Source: Candidatus Fraserbacteria bacterium | Lineage (GTDB): Bacteria > Bipolaricaulota > Bipolaricaulia > RBG-16-55-9 | DNA length: 31,766 nucleotides | Direction: 5' to 3' | Assembly (NCBI GenBank): GCA_037443265.1 | Contig: JBBIOR010000020.1 | Span: forward strand, 1-31,766 | Shown: piece after piece, positions 17,866-25,225 of the stretch | Position numbering within the stretch: the first letter of the stretch is position 1 | Layout: every line of letters begins with the position of its first letter | The notes under the pieces: generated by a model | Database searches by the model: none | Told to the model about the DNA's origin: nothing | Seen by the model: the letters and a program-made list of their open reading frames with translations, nothing else | Made by a program: the position numbers and the translations under genes

Positions 17866-18882
17866 ATGGAGGAATTCATCGAGATCGACGGGGCCGAGGG
17901 AGGCGGCTCGGTGCTCCGGGTAGGGCTTGGCTTGGCCGTCGCCCTAAAGAAGCCCATTCGGGTTAGAAATATCCGGGGGGCCCGAAAGGACCCGGGGCTG
18001 AAGCCTCAGCATCTGGCCGGGCTCTTGGCTACAGCCCAGCTGTGCAACGCGGCCCTCGAGGGGGCAACAGTCGGCTCGCGTGCCATCACTTTCATTCCCC
18101 AAGAGATCACTAGGCGCAAGCTCACAGTAACAGTTCCTACGGCCGGGGCGGTGGGGCTGGTCCTTCAGCCGCTGCAGATCGCCTGTCTCGCCGCGCCGCA
18201 GGAGGTCGAAGTCGTGATCGAGGGCGGGGGGACATTCGGGAAATGGGCTCCGCCTTTGCCCTATCTCGAAAGAGTCAATTTCGCCATCCTGGCCCGCCTA
18301 GGGTATCTCACGCAAGTTCACACAGAGAGATATGGCTTCTATCCCAGAGGTGGGGCGCGGGTGCAGGCACGCTTCTATCCACCCCAAATCCAAGGCCCCA
18401 TTCAGCTGGACGAGCGAGGGTCACTCCAGAAGATCCAAGGGCTCTCTTTTGCCACTCAAGCCCTCTCGGCGGCTAAGGTGGCCGAGCGCCAAGCCCAAGC
18501 CGCTCAAGCCAAGCTCCAGAGAGCATTTTCAGGCACGAGCATCTCTGTTGAACCCCGCTATGTCGAAGCCAGCTCCATCGGCTCCGCGGTCGTGCTCTGG
18601 GCTGCCTTCGAGCAGACGATCTTGGGGGCTGACGAGCTGGGCGAGCGCGGAGTCCCTTCGGAGAGGATCGGGCAGCTGGCGGCCGAGAAGCTCATCGCGG
18701 AGCTCCAGTCAAAGGCCACGCTTGACGTGCACATGGCCGATCAGATCATACCGCTTTTGGCTCTCTACGGTGGGTCTTTCCGCTGCCGAGAGCTCACCGA
18801 CCACATCCGGGTAAACATGTCCATCGCCGAGCAGCTGACAGATAGGAGTTTTGCTGTGGAAGACGGGAAGATCTCTTGTTAG
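17866..18882 (+). CDS. rtcA: RNA 3'-terminal phosphate cyclase
   Basis: IDGAEGGGSVLR, NIRGARKDPGLKPQH, GFYPRGG, VAERQ, DVHMADQ and LTDH (predicted adenylated His). Confidence 0.93.
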   Translation: MEEFIEIDGAEGGGSVLRVGLGLAVALKKPIRVRNIRGARKDPGLKPQHLAGLLATAQLCNAALEGATVGSRAITFIPQEITRRKLTVTVPTAGAVGLVLQPLQIACLAAPQEVEVVIEGGGTFGKWAPPLPYLERVNFAILARLGYLTQVHTERYGFYPRGGARVQARFYPPQIQGPIQLDERGSLQKIQGLSFATQALSAAKVAERQAQAAQAKLQRAFSGTSISVEPRYVEASSIGSAVVLWAAFEQTILGADELGERGVPSERIGQLAAEKLIAELQSKATLDVHMADQIIPLLALYGGSFRCRELTDHIRVNMSIAEQLTDRSFAVEDGKISC

Positions 18883-19685
18883 CGATCGCCGAAGACGAGC
18901 CGGACTTCAAAGAGCTTGGGCCAGAGTTTTCCGGTCACGAACAATCGATCGCCCTCAGCATCATAGGCGATCCCATTGAGGACATCGGCGGATCTTCTCT
19001 CTTCCGGGCTGAGCAGGCCCGTAAGATCGAGCCAGGCTCTGACCGCGCCCGTCTCTGGCGAGATGATGGCAATCCGATCCGTCTGCCAGACATTCGCCCA
19101 GATCTCGCCCTTGATATATTCTAACTCGTTGAGGTTTCTTATGGGCACCCCCTTGGCGCGCACTTCAAGGCGCCCGATCTCCTTAAAGCTCTCCGGGTCT
19201 AAGAAGCGCAGCGTAGATGTGCCGTCGCTCAGGATGAGGCGCCTGCCATCGTGGGTGAGCCCCCAGCCCTCGGTGGAATACGAGAACTGCCCAAGCAACT
19301 GGAAGCTCTCTCGGTCGTAGACGAAGCCCGTCTGTTCCCTCCAAGTCAGCTGAAGGATCTTCTCCTTCCAGAGCGTGATGCCCTCGCCAAAATATTGCGG
19401 GGGCAGATGATGGATCTGGAGCACCCGGCCCGTGAGGAGCTCCACGCGGCGCAGAGAGGATTCTCCATACAGCCCCGTCCCCTCGTAGAGGGCGCCACCC
19501 TCGAAGAGGAGCCCTTGGGTGAAGGCTCCTCGATCATGGGGATAGCTTTGGACGATCCGGTATCCGTAGACGGGGATAAGCTCGGCGGAAGAGCTGGCGG
19601 GAGGGGCTTGCCTTATCAGCGCGAGGTAGAGAGCAACTGCCAATAAGATCACGATGGTGGAAAGAGCCATCAAGCCCCGCTTCAT
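18879..19685 (-). CDS. Glutaminyl-peptide cyclotransferase (type II, plant/bacterial beta-propeller glutaminyl cyclase), N-terminally anchored
   Basis: YPHDRGAFTQGL, YEGTGLYG, FGEGIT, QLTW, EGWGLT, LNELE, VLNGIAYD, TGKLWP; hydrophobic N-terminus. Confidence 0.96.
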   Translation of the reverse strand: MKRGLMALSTIVILLAVALYLALIRQAPPASSSAELIPVYGYRIVQSYPHDRGAFTQGLLFEGGALYEGTGLYGESSLRRVELLTGRVLQIHHLPPQYFGEGITLWKEKILQLTWREQTGFVYDRESFQLLGQFSYSTEGWGLTHDGRRLILSDGTSTLRFLDPESFKEIGRLEVRAKGVPIRNLNELEYIKGEIWANVWQTDRIAIISPETGAVRAWLDLTGLLSPEERRSADVLNGIAYDAEGDRLFVTGKLWPKLFEVRLVFGDR

Positions 19686-19754
19686 GGCCAAATCTTACAA
19701 GATCGGTCGAGGGGTGAGCAAAGCTCCTTCCGCATCTTCCCCACGGCAGGCGGA

Positions 19755-20144
19755 TTACGGCTGGACAATGAGCTCGCCCTTCATGCCCTGCTCTTTGTGG
19801 CCTGGGACTTGGCAATAGACTTCATAGGTTCCGGGGGCCAGCTCGAGCTCGAGAGTGCGGGTCTGACCGGCGGGGAAGGGGTCGATCTCCTCTTCGACTC
19901 CCGGGCCTTCGACCTCAAAGCCGTGAGGCACAGTACCCTGGTTGCTGACGATAAAGCGCACCTTGCCGGCCTTGGCCGCAAGATGCGCGGGGATGAGCTG
20001 CCATTCTTTGAGGGTGACCGAAATCTGCTGAGCCCCATAGGGTGCGGGGGCTTTGAAAATCTTAAGGAGATCACAGCCGCTGAGCAGCAGCATGAGCCCT
20101 AACGCCAGGCCCGTCCAGACGATGAAAGGCCTTACAATGCGCAT
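19755..20144 (-). CDS. Cupredoxin-domain lipoprotein with a complete type-1 copper site
   Basis: Lipobox LLSGC; NQGTVPHGF (His) and YCQVPGHKEQGM (Cys, His, Met). ATG at 20144 follows a purine-rich SD. Confidence 0.9.
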   Translation of the reverse strand: MRIVRPFIVWTGLALGLMLLLSGCDLLKIFKAPAPYGAQQISVTLKEWQLIPAHLAAKAGKVRFIVSNQGTVPHGFEVEGPGVEEEIDPFPAGQTRTLELELAPGTYEVYCQVPGHKEQGMKGELIVQP

Positions 20145-20180
20145 GAGGCACCTCTCCACTCCCCTTGACAGGGGGTTGAT

Positions 20181-20678
20181 TTACTTCACTTCCAGCTCGA
20201 GTTCGATGGGATGGCCATGCGGGGCATGGGTGACTTTCAGTTTGCCGGGCGCATTTCGCTGGAGCCGGATGGCCACCGGCTTGCCCTGCTCCAGGCCAAA
20301 GAGCGTCTGTGAGGCCTGCAAGACTTTAGTGGGGTCAGCCGGATCGACAATGTCAAATGAGAGGCGATTTCCCGCCTCATCGACGATGGCTATGGAAGGA
20401 TGGAACCGCTCACCTGAATCCGTCGTCGCGTTGTAGATGACGATCTGGCCACGCTTGAGCTCGGTGGCGGTGGCAAAGATCGCCCCCTTGTTGTCGGGGG
20501 CGATGAACTTGGTGGTGCCGGGATGGTAGAGCGAATGGATGAGCGAGAGCTCAAAGGCCTGCGTCTGTGCCTGCGACGGCGGATTATGATACGGGGCCAG
20601 AGCCGGCTGAGCTGCTTCCAGCAAGAGCAGCAGAGCGAATCCCAGCAGCGATACCCTCCTCCAACGAAGATCTCCCAT
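20181..20678 (-). CDS. Secreted His-rich beta protein, possibly a divergent cupredoxin fold
   Basis: ATG 20678 follows SD GAGGAGGG; signal peptide; no Cys; motifs IHSLYH, RFHPS, VTHAPHGHP. Confidence 0.8.
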   Translation of the reverse strand: MGDLRWRRVSLLGFALLLLLEAAQPALAPYHNPPSQAQTQAFELSLIHSLYHPGTTKFIAPDNKGAIFATATELKRGQIVIYNATTDSGERFHPSIAIVDEAGNRLSFDIVDPADPTKVLQASQTLFGLEQGKPVAIRLQRNAPGKLKVTHAPHGHPIELELEVK

Positions 20679-20730
20679 GCTGTATCCCTCCTCAGTATTT
20701 AAATTATGCCCTGTTGTTATAGCCTGCCTG

Positions 20731-20739
20731 TGGTAAAAT
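20731..20739 (+). promoter_or_regulatory. Extended -10 promoter element for the membrane regulator gene
   Basis: TGGTAAAAT (TGn-TAAAAT) in the AT-rich divergent intergenic region; followed by the direct repeat ATCTCAA-GG-ATCTCAA. Confidence 0.4.
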
Positions 20740-20778
20740 GTGAATCTCAAGGATCTCAAAGGAGGGTCAATCGCGCCG

Positions 20779-21681
20779 TTGGACAGGCCGAGTGTCAGGG
20801 TGCGCCTAAGGCTGGTGATGCTCGTCCTGGGGACCACGATCCTCCTGAGTGCAGCTTTAGGAGCCCTCTATGTCCTTCGCGCCTCGGGGAGCTTGCGGGC
20901 GCAGTTCTTCGAGCTGGCCAAGCGTTCGGCTCAGATCTTTGCGGAGGCCGTGGACGCCGGCACAGCGGCACCCCAAGAGATCGCCCAGATCTTCGTCCGA
21001 GGCGACGTGCTCTATGCTCAAGTCGTCCGGAATGGGCAGATCATTGCTGAAGACCCCCCGGAGGCGTCGTCGGAGTTGGGTCTTCCTGAGGTGGAGTTCT
21101 CGGGTACGCTCCTCTGGCGTGAGGGGCAGCTTCGGGATGGCACCCCCTATCTCGAGCTGCTGCGCCCCTTGACGGGCGCAAGCCAGAGGGAAGCTACTCC
21201 AGAGCCGAGCTACGTCCGAGTCGGCTTCTCGCTCCTGCGGGTGCGCAGTGCCCTTCAGGCCGAGATCCTGCTCGTCTTGGGAGTGGGCCTGGGAATCCTC
21301 CTCATCGTGGGCCTGCTCTGCGGAATGTATCTCTTCTTCCGAGCGCGATCCGCTTCAGCTCCTGGAGATTCTAAAAGACCCGCAGCAGCCTTGGTGATCG
21401 ATCCGGCCGGCAAGGAGGTCCGTCTTAGGGGAAAGCGGGTGAATCTTTCGCCCAAGGAATACGAGCTAGTGAGTCTTTTGGCCTCGGAACCCGGTCGGGT
21501 CTTCTCGGATCGGGAGATTCTAGAAAGAGTCTGGCCCCAGAGCCACACGGCCACCTCCAAAGACGTCAAGCAATATATTTATTTATTGAGGAAGAAGCTG
21601 GAGCCGGACGCCCAGCGGCCTCGACTCATCGTCACCCACAAGGGCTTCGGGTACAAGCTGGTCTTTCACGAGGACGATTGA
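20779..21681 (+). CDS. Membrane-anchored one-component regulator: TM-extracytoplasmic domain-TM fused to a C-terminal OmpR/PhoB-type winged-helix domain
   Basis: Two TM helices flank a soluble loop; C-terminal LSPKEYELVSLLASEPGRVFS...ILERVW...YIYLLRKKLE...IVTHKGFGYKL is the Trans_reg_C pattern. Start is uncertain: TTG 20779 after AAGGAGG, or GTG 20740. Confidence 0.88.
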   Translation: MDRPSVRVRLRLVMLVLGTTILLSAALGALYVLRASGSLRAQFFELAKRSAQIFAEAVDAGTAAPQEIAQIFVRGDVLYAQVVRNGQIIAEDPPEASSELGLPEVEFSGTLLWREGQLRDGTPYLELLRPLTGASQREATPEPSYVRVGFSLLRVRSALQAEILLVLGVGLGILLIVGLLCGMYLFFRARSASAPGDSKRPAAALVIDPAGKEVRLRGKRVNLSPKEYELVSLLASEPGRVFSDREILERVWPQSHTATSKDVKQYIYLLRKKLEPDAQRPRLIVTHKGFGYKLVFHEDD

Positions 21682-21718
21682 CCCGATTTTGGCCCGCCAT
21701 CGATTCCTTTTTGAGGCC

Positions 21719-21764
21719 AAAAGAAAGAAAAAGAAAAAGAAAAAGAAAAAGAAGGAGGGAGGAG
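21719..21764 (+). repeat. 46-nt purine-only tract containing a (GAAAAA)4 simple sequence repeat
   Basis: Four perfect GAAAAA units at 21727-21750, preceded by degenerate units and running into the SD of the next gene. Confidence 0.9.
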
Positions 21765-21770
21765 TGAGAG

Positions 21771-22361
21771 ATGGCTCGCTTAAGCAGGCGTGCTCTTCTG
21801 GGCGGTGCTTTAGGAGGGATCTTCTTCGGCTGGAGCCGTGCGCTCTTGGGTGGGGTCCCCTACGGGCAGTCGGACGAGCCGCTTAGAGCTTGTACGCGGG
21901 AGGCGGAGGCGGCCAACGGGGAGATCTCTCTGGCTATAACCCATCTGCTCTTTGCTTGGGACGCCCTGAGCCGGGGCGATCTGGCCAGCTCCAGGCTCCA
22001 TACCCATCAGGCGCTCAATCTGCTCGAGGGCCCCGGGGGTGAGCATTACGACGACGCCTACGAGGGCCCGCAGGATGGGGTGGGCGCGCAAGTCCACGCC
22101 CGGCGCCTGCTGGAATGTCTGCAGCAGGCCGCTCCGGGGGCGGATTACGTCCTGGCGGCGGAGAACGTGCTCTTCTTCCTGGAGGCGGCTATCGTTCATG
22201 CCTCCGGGGCTCTGGGGCGACTCGACTCGAAAGCGACGGCGATCCGAGAGCTTCGTGAGGCACAAGGGTTGCTCATGGCCGCGCGCGGCTCGCGGGAGGA
22301 GCGATACCGGCCCAGCGAAGGGGGGACGCGCACGATCCTAGCCTGGCTGGAGGATCTTTAA
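21771..22361 (+). CDS. Tat-exported helical His-containing hypothetical protein
   Basis: SRRALLGG twin-arginine signal; strong SD; motif LHTHQALNLLEGPGGEHYD...GPQDGVG. Confidence 0.85.
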   Translation: MARLSRRALLGGALGGIFFGWSRALLGGVPYGQSDEPLRACTREAEAANGEISLAITHLLFAWDALSRGDLASSRLHTHQALNLLEGPGGEHYDDAYEGPQDGVGAQVHARRLLECLQQAAPGADYVLAAENVLFFLEAAIVHASGALGRLDSKATAIRELREAQGLLMAARGSREERYRPSEGGTRTILAWLEDL

Positions 22362-23128
22362 ATCTCGTAGTGAGTGACGATCTTCTTCTCTTCTCCAGTG
22401 ATCTCCACGCGGATCTCGAAGTGCTCTTTGATCCCGCTGTTCTGCAGCTTGGGCTTTAAGAGATTATCCAGCTGGAAGATGCCTGCGGAATTGGACATGT
22501 GGATCTCGATGCAGACGGGGCTCTCCTCGCCACGTCGGATGCGAACCTTCTCGATGGCCATGGCAGAGACGGCATGGATCGTCGGGCTGCCCTTGGAGAA
22601 GGGAATGCGCGCCCGGCCCTCCTCCATGTCCAGGGCGTCGGCCACTTTCAAGACGCCAGCCTCGAGCGTCAAGGGCTGAATATCCGTCTTGTGCGCGTAG
22701 ATGGCGTGGAGCGTCTCCGAGGTGATGATGGCCTTCTCGCGCTCCGGGTAGAGCCCGCTGAGCAATTCTTCGATCAAGGGAAGTGCCAGCGGCACCGAGA
22801 AATCTTCATGGCGGACGCGATGGACGATGTGTCCGACGTCATGCAGACACCCAGCCAGCACCACGATGAGCTCCGCGTCGTCTTTGGTGAGCTGATAGTT
22901 CCGCTCCACGCTGGTCCTTACACCTTGCTCGGTGAGCAGTCTCAAGATCTTAAGCGCCAGATTGCAGACGATCTTGATATGAATGGGCCCGTGATCGTTG
23001 ATCCCGAGGCGATCCACGGCCATGACGTTCGAGCACTGCCAGAAGGTCTGGAGCTTCGCCTCCGCCTCGATTCGCTCGACGAGCTCTGCTAATTTGCGGT
23101 TGCCGCCCAGGGGCAGATTGAGCAACAT
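22358..23128 (-). CDS. HD-superfamily metal-dependent phosphohydrolase (COG3294-like)
   Basis: NDHGPIH, LHDVGH, VADALDM..GRAR, IHAVSA. Confidence 0.9.
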   Translation of the reverse strand: MLLNLPLGGNRKLAELVERIEAEAKLQTFWQCSNVMAVDRLGINDHGPIHIKIVCNLALKILRLLTEQGVRTSVERNYQLTKDDAELIVVLAGCLHDVGHIVHRVRHEDFSVPLALPLIEELLSGLYPEREKAIITSETLHAIYAHKTDIQPLTLEAGVLKVADALDMEEGRARIPFSKGSPTIHAVSAMAIEKVRIRRGEESPVCIEIHMSNSAGIFQLDNLLKPKLQNSGIKEHFEIRVEITGEEKKIVTHYEI

Positions 23129-23140
23129 GTCAATCCAACA

Positions 23141-23665
23141 CTACTGAGGTGACTGGTCTGTCTTTTGGATCTCGCGGATTCTCTCGATGCCCCCTATCTC
23201 ATCGATCACATCGCAGACGGGCTTGGGCACGTAGCGCCGCCACTCCTCGCCTTGGAGCATCAGCTCGCGGATCTTCGTGCCCCAGAGATGCCTTCTGTCT
23301 ATCGGGGGAACCTGTTTGACGGGGATGCCGGCCTCTTGAAAGAGGCGGACCACCAGAGGATTATTCGAGTAGACGAGGTCAAACGGCGGCGTGAGCCGCC
23401 GAATGTGCGCGACATACAGCGCATTCTGCTCGATGTCTTCAATGGGGAGCACATACTTGGTCACAGGATGATCATCGAGAGCTCGGATGATCATCAAGAT
23501 TCTTTCTCCCGCCGTGAACGGGTCTCGAAGCGTATGGCTGTATTGAGCTGAACCTACGGCGATGATGAGCTCCTCCACTTCTGGGGCGATCTTTCGAATC
23601 ACGGCGTCGTGGCCGTTGTGATAGGGCTGAAAGCGACCCAGAAAGAGTGCCCGCTTGGCAGACAT
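23141..23665 (-). CDS. nadM: Nicotinamide-nucleotide adenylyltransferase, archaeal NadM type
   Basis: GRFQPYHNGH, GSAQYSHT..PFTAGER, YSNNPLV, GTKIR. Confidence 0.95.
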   Translation of the reverse strand: MSAKRALFLGRFQPYHNGHDAVIRKIAPEVEELIIAVGSAQYSHTLRDPFTAGERILMIIRALDDHPVTKYVLPIEDIEQNALYVAHIRRLTPPFDLVYSNNPLVVRLFQEAGIPVKQVPPIDRRHLWGTKIRELMLQGEEWRRYVPKPVCDVIDEIGGIERIREIQKTDQSPQ

Positions 23666-23676
23666 CTCCTCCTCCT

Positions 23677-23925
23677 CTAGGTGGGGAGCTGAAGTTGCCC
23701 TGCGACTCGTCTTGCGATCTCCTCCGGCTCGGGCAAGCGGCCATCCGGACCGATCCGAAAGATGGGCTCTTCATTGAGAAAGACGGTGAAGACGCCCTTC
23801 GTGCCCGGCTGAAGGCTCAGTGACCGGATCTTGTGAGGAAAACGCTCCAAGAGCAACTTGGCCACCTCCAGTGCTCTGCCTAAGAACATGCACTCCACGC
23901 AGTACTCAAGGCGAACGCTGGCCAT
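23677..23925 (-). CDS. Rdx (SelW/SelT/SelH) family redox protein, Cys form
   Basis: 82 aa: VRLEYCVEC, PGTKGVFTV, GRLPEPEEI. ATG at 23925; the track's longer frame is an antisense shadow of the next gene. Confidence 0.88.
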   Translation of the reverse strand: MASVRLEYCVECMFLGRALEVAKLLLERFPHKIRSLSLQPGTKGVFTVFLNEEPIFRIGPDGRLPEPEEIARRVAGQLQLPT

Positions 23926-24012
23926 CGATCCTCTCCCTTCGGCTTGCCTTCTTCGGCCCTCCAGCTTATAACTATCAGGGCCGGAAGACAAGAAGCTGAG
24001 GAGGGGATAGAA

Positions 24013-24546
24013 ATGGCCCGTTTGAATATGGGAGAAAAAGCTCCGGATTTCCAGCTCAAAGGCATCGATGGCCGGATCCATTCGCTCGCGGACCTTCGCG
24101 GCCAGAAGGCCACCGTCGTGGTCTTCTCCTGCAACCACTGCCCGTATGTGAGAGCTTACGAGGATCGGCTCATTCAGATCCAGCGCGAGTACTTTCCGAA
24201 GGGCGTTCGATTCCTTGCCATTAACGCCAACGACGCTCGGAAATACCCTGAGGACGGCTTTGAGAACATGATCCAGCGGGCGGCGGAGAAGGGCTACAAC
24301 TTCCCGTATCTGCGGGACGAAACGCAACAGACCGCGCGAGCCTACGGCGCAGAGCGCACACCCGAAATCTTCCTGTTGGATCAGGAGCTGAAGCTGCGCT
24401 ACCATGGCACGATCGACGACAACTGGGAGCATCCCGAGTGGGTCACCCGTCACTATCTGCGTCAGGCGCTCGATGCCGTGCTCGCGGGAGAAGCTCCCAA
24501 GATCCAAGAGACTCAGCCCGTGGGCTGCACCATCAAGTGGAAATGA
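24013..24546 (+). CDS. Thioredoxin-family peroxiredoxin-like protein (AhpC/TSA fold)
   Basis: APDFQL, CNHCPYV, FPYLRDETQ, TPEIF, YHGTIDD, GCTIKWK; SD GAGGGG before ATG 24013. Confidence 0.93.
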   Translation: MARLNMGEKAPDFQLKGIDGRIHSLADLRGQKATVVVFSCNHCPYVRAYEDRLIQIQREYFPKGVRFLAINANDARKYPEDGFENMIQRAAEKGYNFPYLRDETQQTARAYGAERTPEIFLLDQELKLRYHGTIDDNWEHPEWVTRHYLRQALDAVLAGEAPKIQETQPVGCTIKWK

Positions 24547-24547
24547 A

Positions 24548-25225
24548 ATGAGAATGACACGATCTCAGCTGGCGGCGCTGATCGATCACACCCAGCTGGG
24601 CCCAGATGTCTCGCGCGCTCAGATTAGAAGACTCTGTGAAGAGGCTGTCCAGTACGGCTTCTATGCCGTGTGTGTCAATCCTTGTCACGTCTCGTTGGCA
24701 AAGGGTCTTTTGAAAGATTCGGTCGTCAAGGTGACGACGGTGGTCGGCTTCCCCCATGGGGCTAATGTCCCCGCCGCAAAAGCCTTTGAGGCCAAGCAGG
24801 CCATCGCCGATGGGGCCGACGAGCTAGATATGGTGCCCAACATCGCGGCTCTAAAAGAGAGCGATGAGGGGTACGTGCTCTCGGAGATCCAAGCTGTGCG
24901 CGAGGCTGCCCGCATGAGCACCCAGCCCGTCGTCTTGAAAGTGATCCTGGAGACAGCCTTGTTGAATGATGAGCAGAAGATCGCCGGCTGTAAGCTGGCG
25001 AAGGCTGCCGGGGCGGACTTCGTGAAGACTTCCACGGGCTTTGCCGCCGGAGGAGCCACGGTCGAGGATGTCCGCTTGCTGCGTGCCGCCGTCGGCCCAA
25101 GGATGGGCGTGAAGGCCTCCGGCGGGATTCGTGATTATGCGACAGCTGTGGCTATGATCGAGGCGGGAGCCACCCGAATCGGCACAAGCTCCGGGGTGCA
25201 GATTCTGGAAGGGGCGCCCTCATGA
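24548..25225 (+). CDS. deoC: Deoxyribose-phosphate aldolase
   Basis: IDHT, VVGFPHG, GADELDMV, KVILET, FVKTSTG (Schiff-base Lys), GVKASGGIR, RIGTS. Start at 24548 or 24554. Confidence 0.97.
   Translation: MRMTRSQLAALIDHTQLGPDVSRAQIRRLCEEAVQYGFYAVCVNPCHVSLAKGLLKDSVVKVTTVVGFPHGANVPAAKAFEAKQAIADGADELDMVPNIAALKESDEGYVLSEIQAVREAARMSTQPVVLKVILETALLNDEQKIAGCKLAKAAGADFVKTSTGFAAGGATVEDVRLLRAAVGPRMGVKASGGIRDYATAVAMIEAGATRIGTSSGVQILEGAPS

Noticed and set aside
20161..20174. CCCCT-TGAC-AGGGG hairpin and TTGACA between the two secreted-protein genes
   Set aside because: A 5-bp stem is too weak to call, and no correctly spaced -10 supports a promoter.
20679..20837. N-terminal extension of the 218 aa ORF
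   Set aside because: It overlaps the divergent regulator gene; a strong SD and signal peptide mark ATG 20678 as the start.
21687..21750. Inverted repeat plus A tract as an intrinsic terminator
   Set aside because: The orientation is wrong on both strands: plus has A's after the stem, and minus has the U tract before it.
21689..21886. 65 aa poly-Lys ORF
   Set aside because: The Lys run is just the translation of the GAAAAA repeat; there is no SD and it overlaps the Tat gene out of frame.
23677..23925. Selenoprotein in the Rdx gene
   Set aside because: Both CxxC codons are TGC; there is no in-frame TGA.
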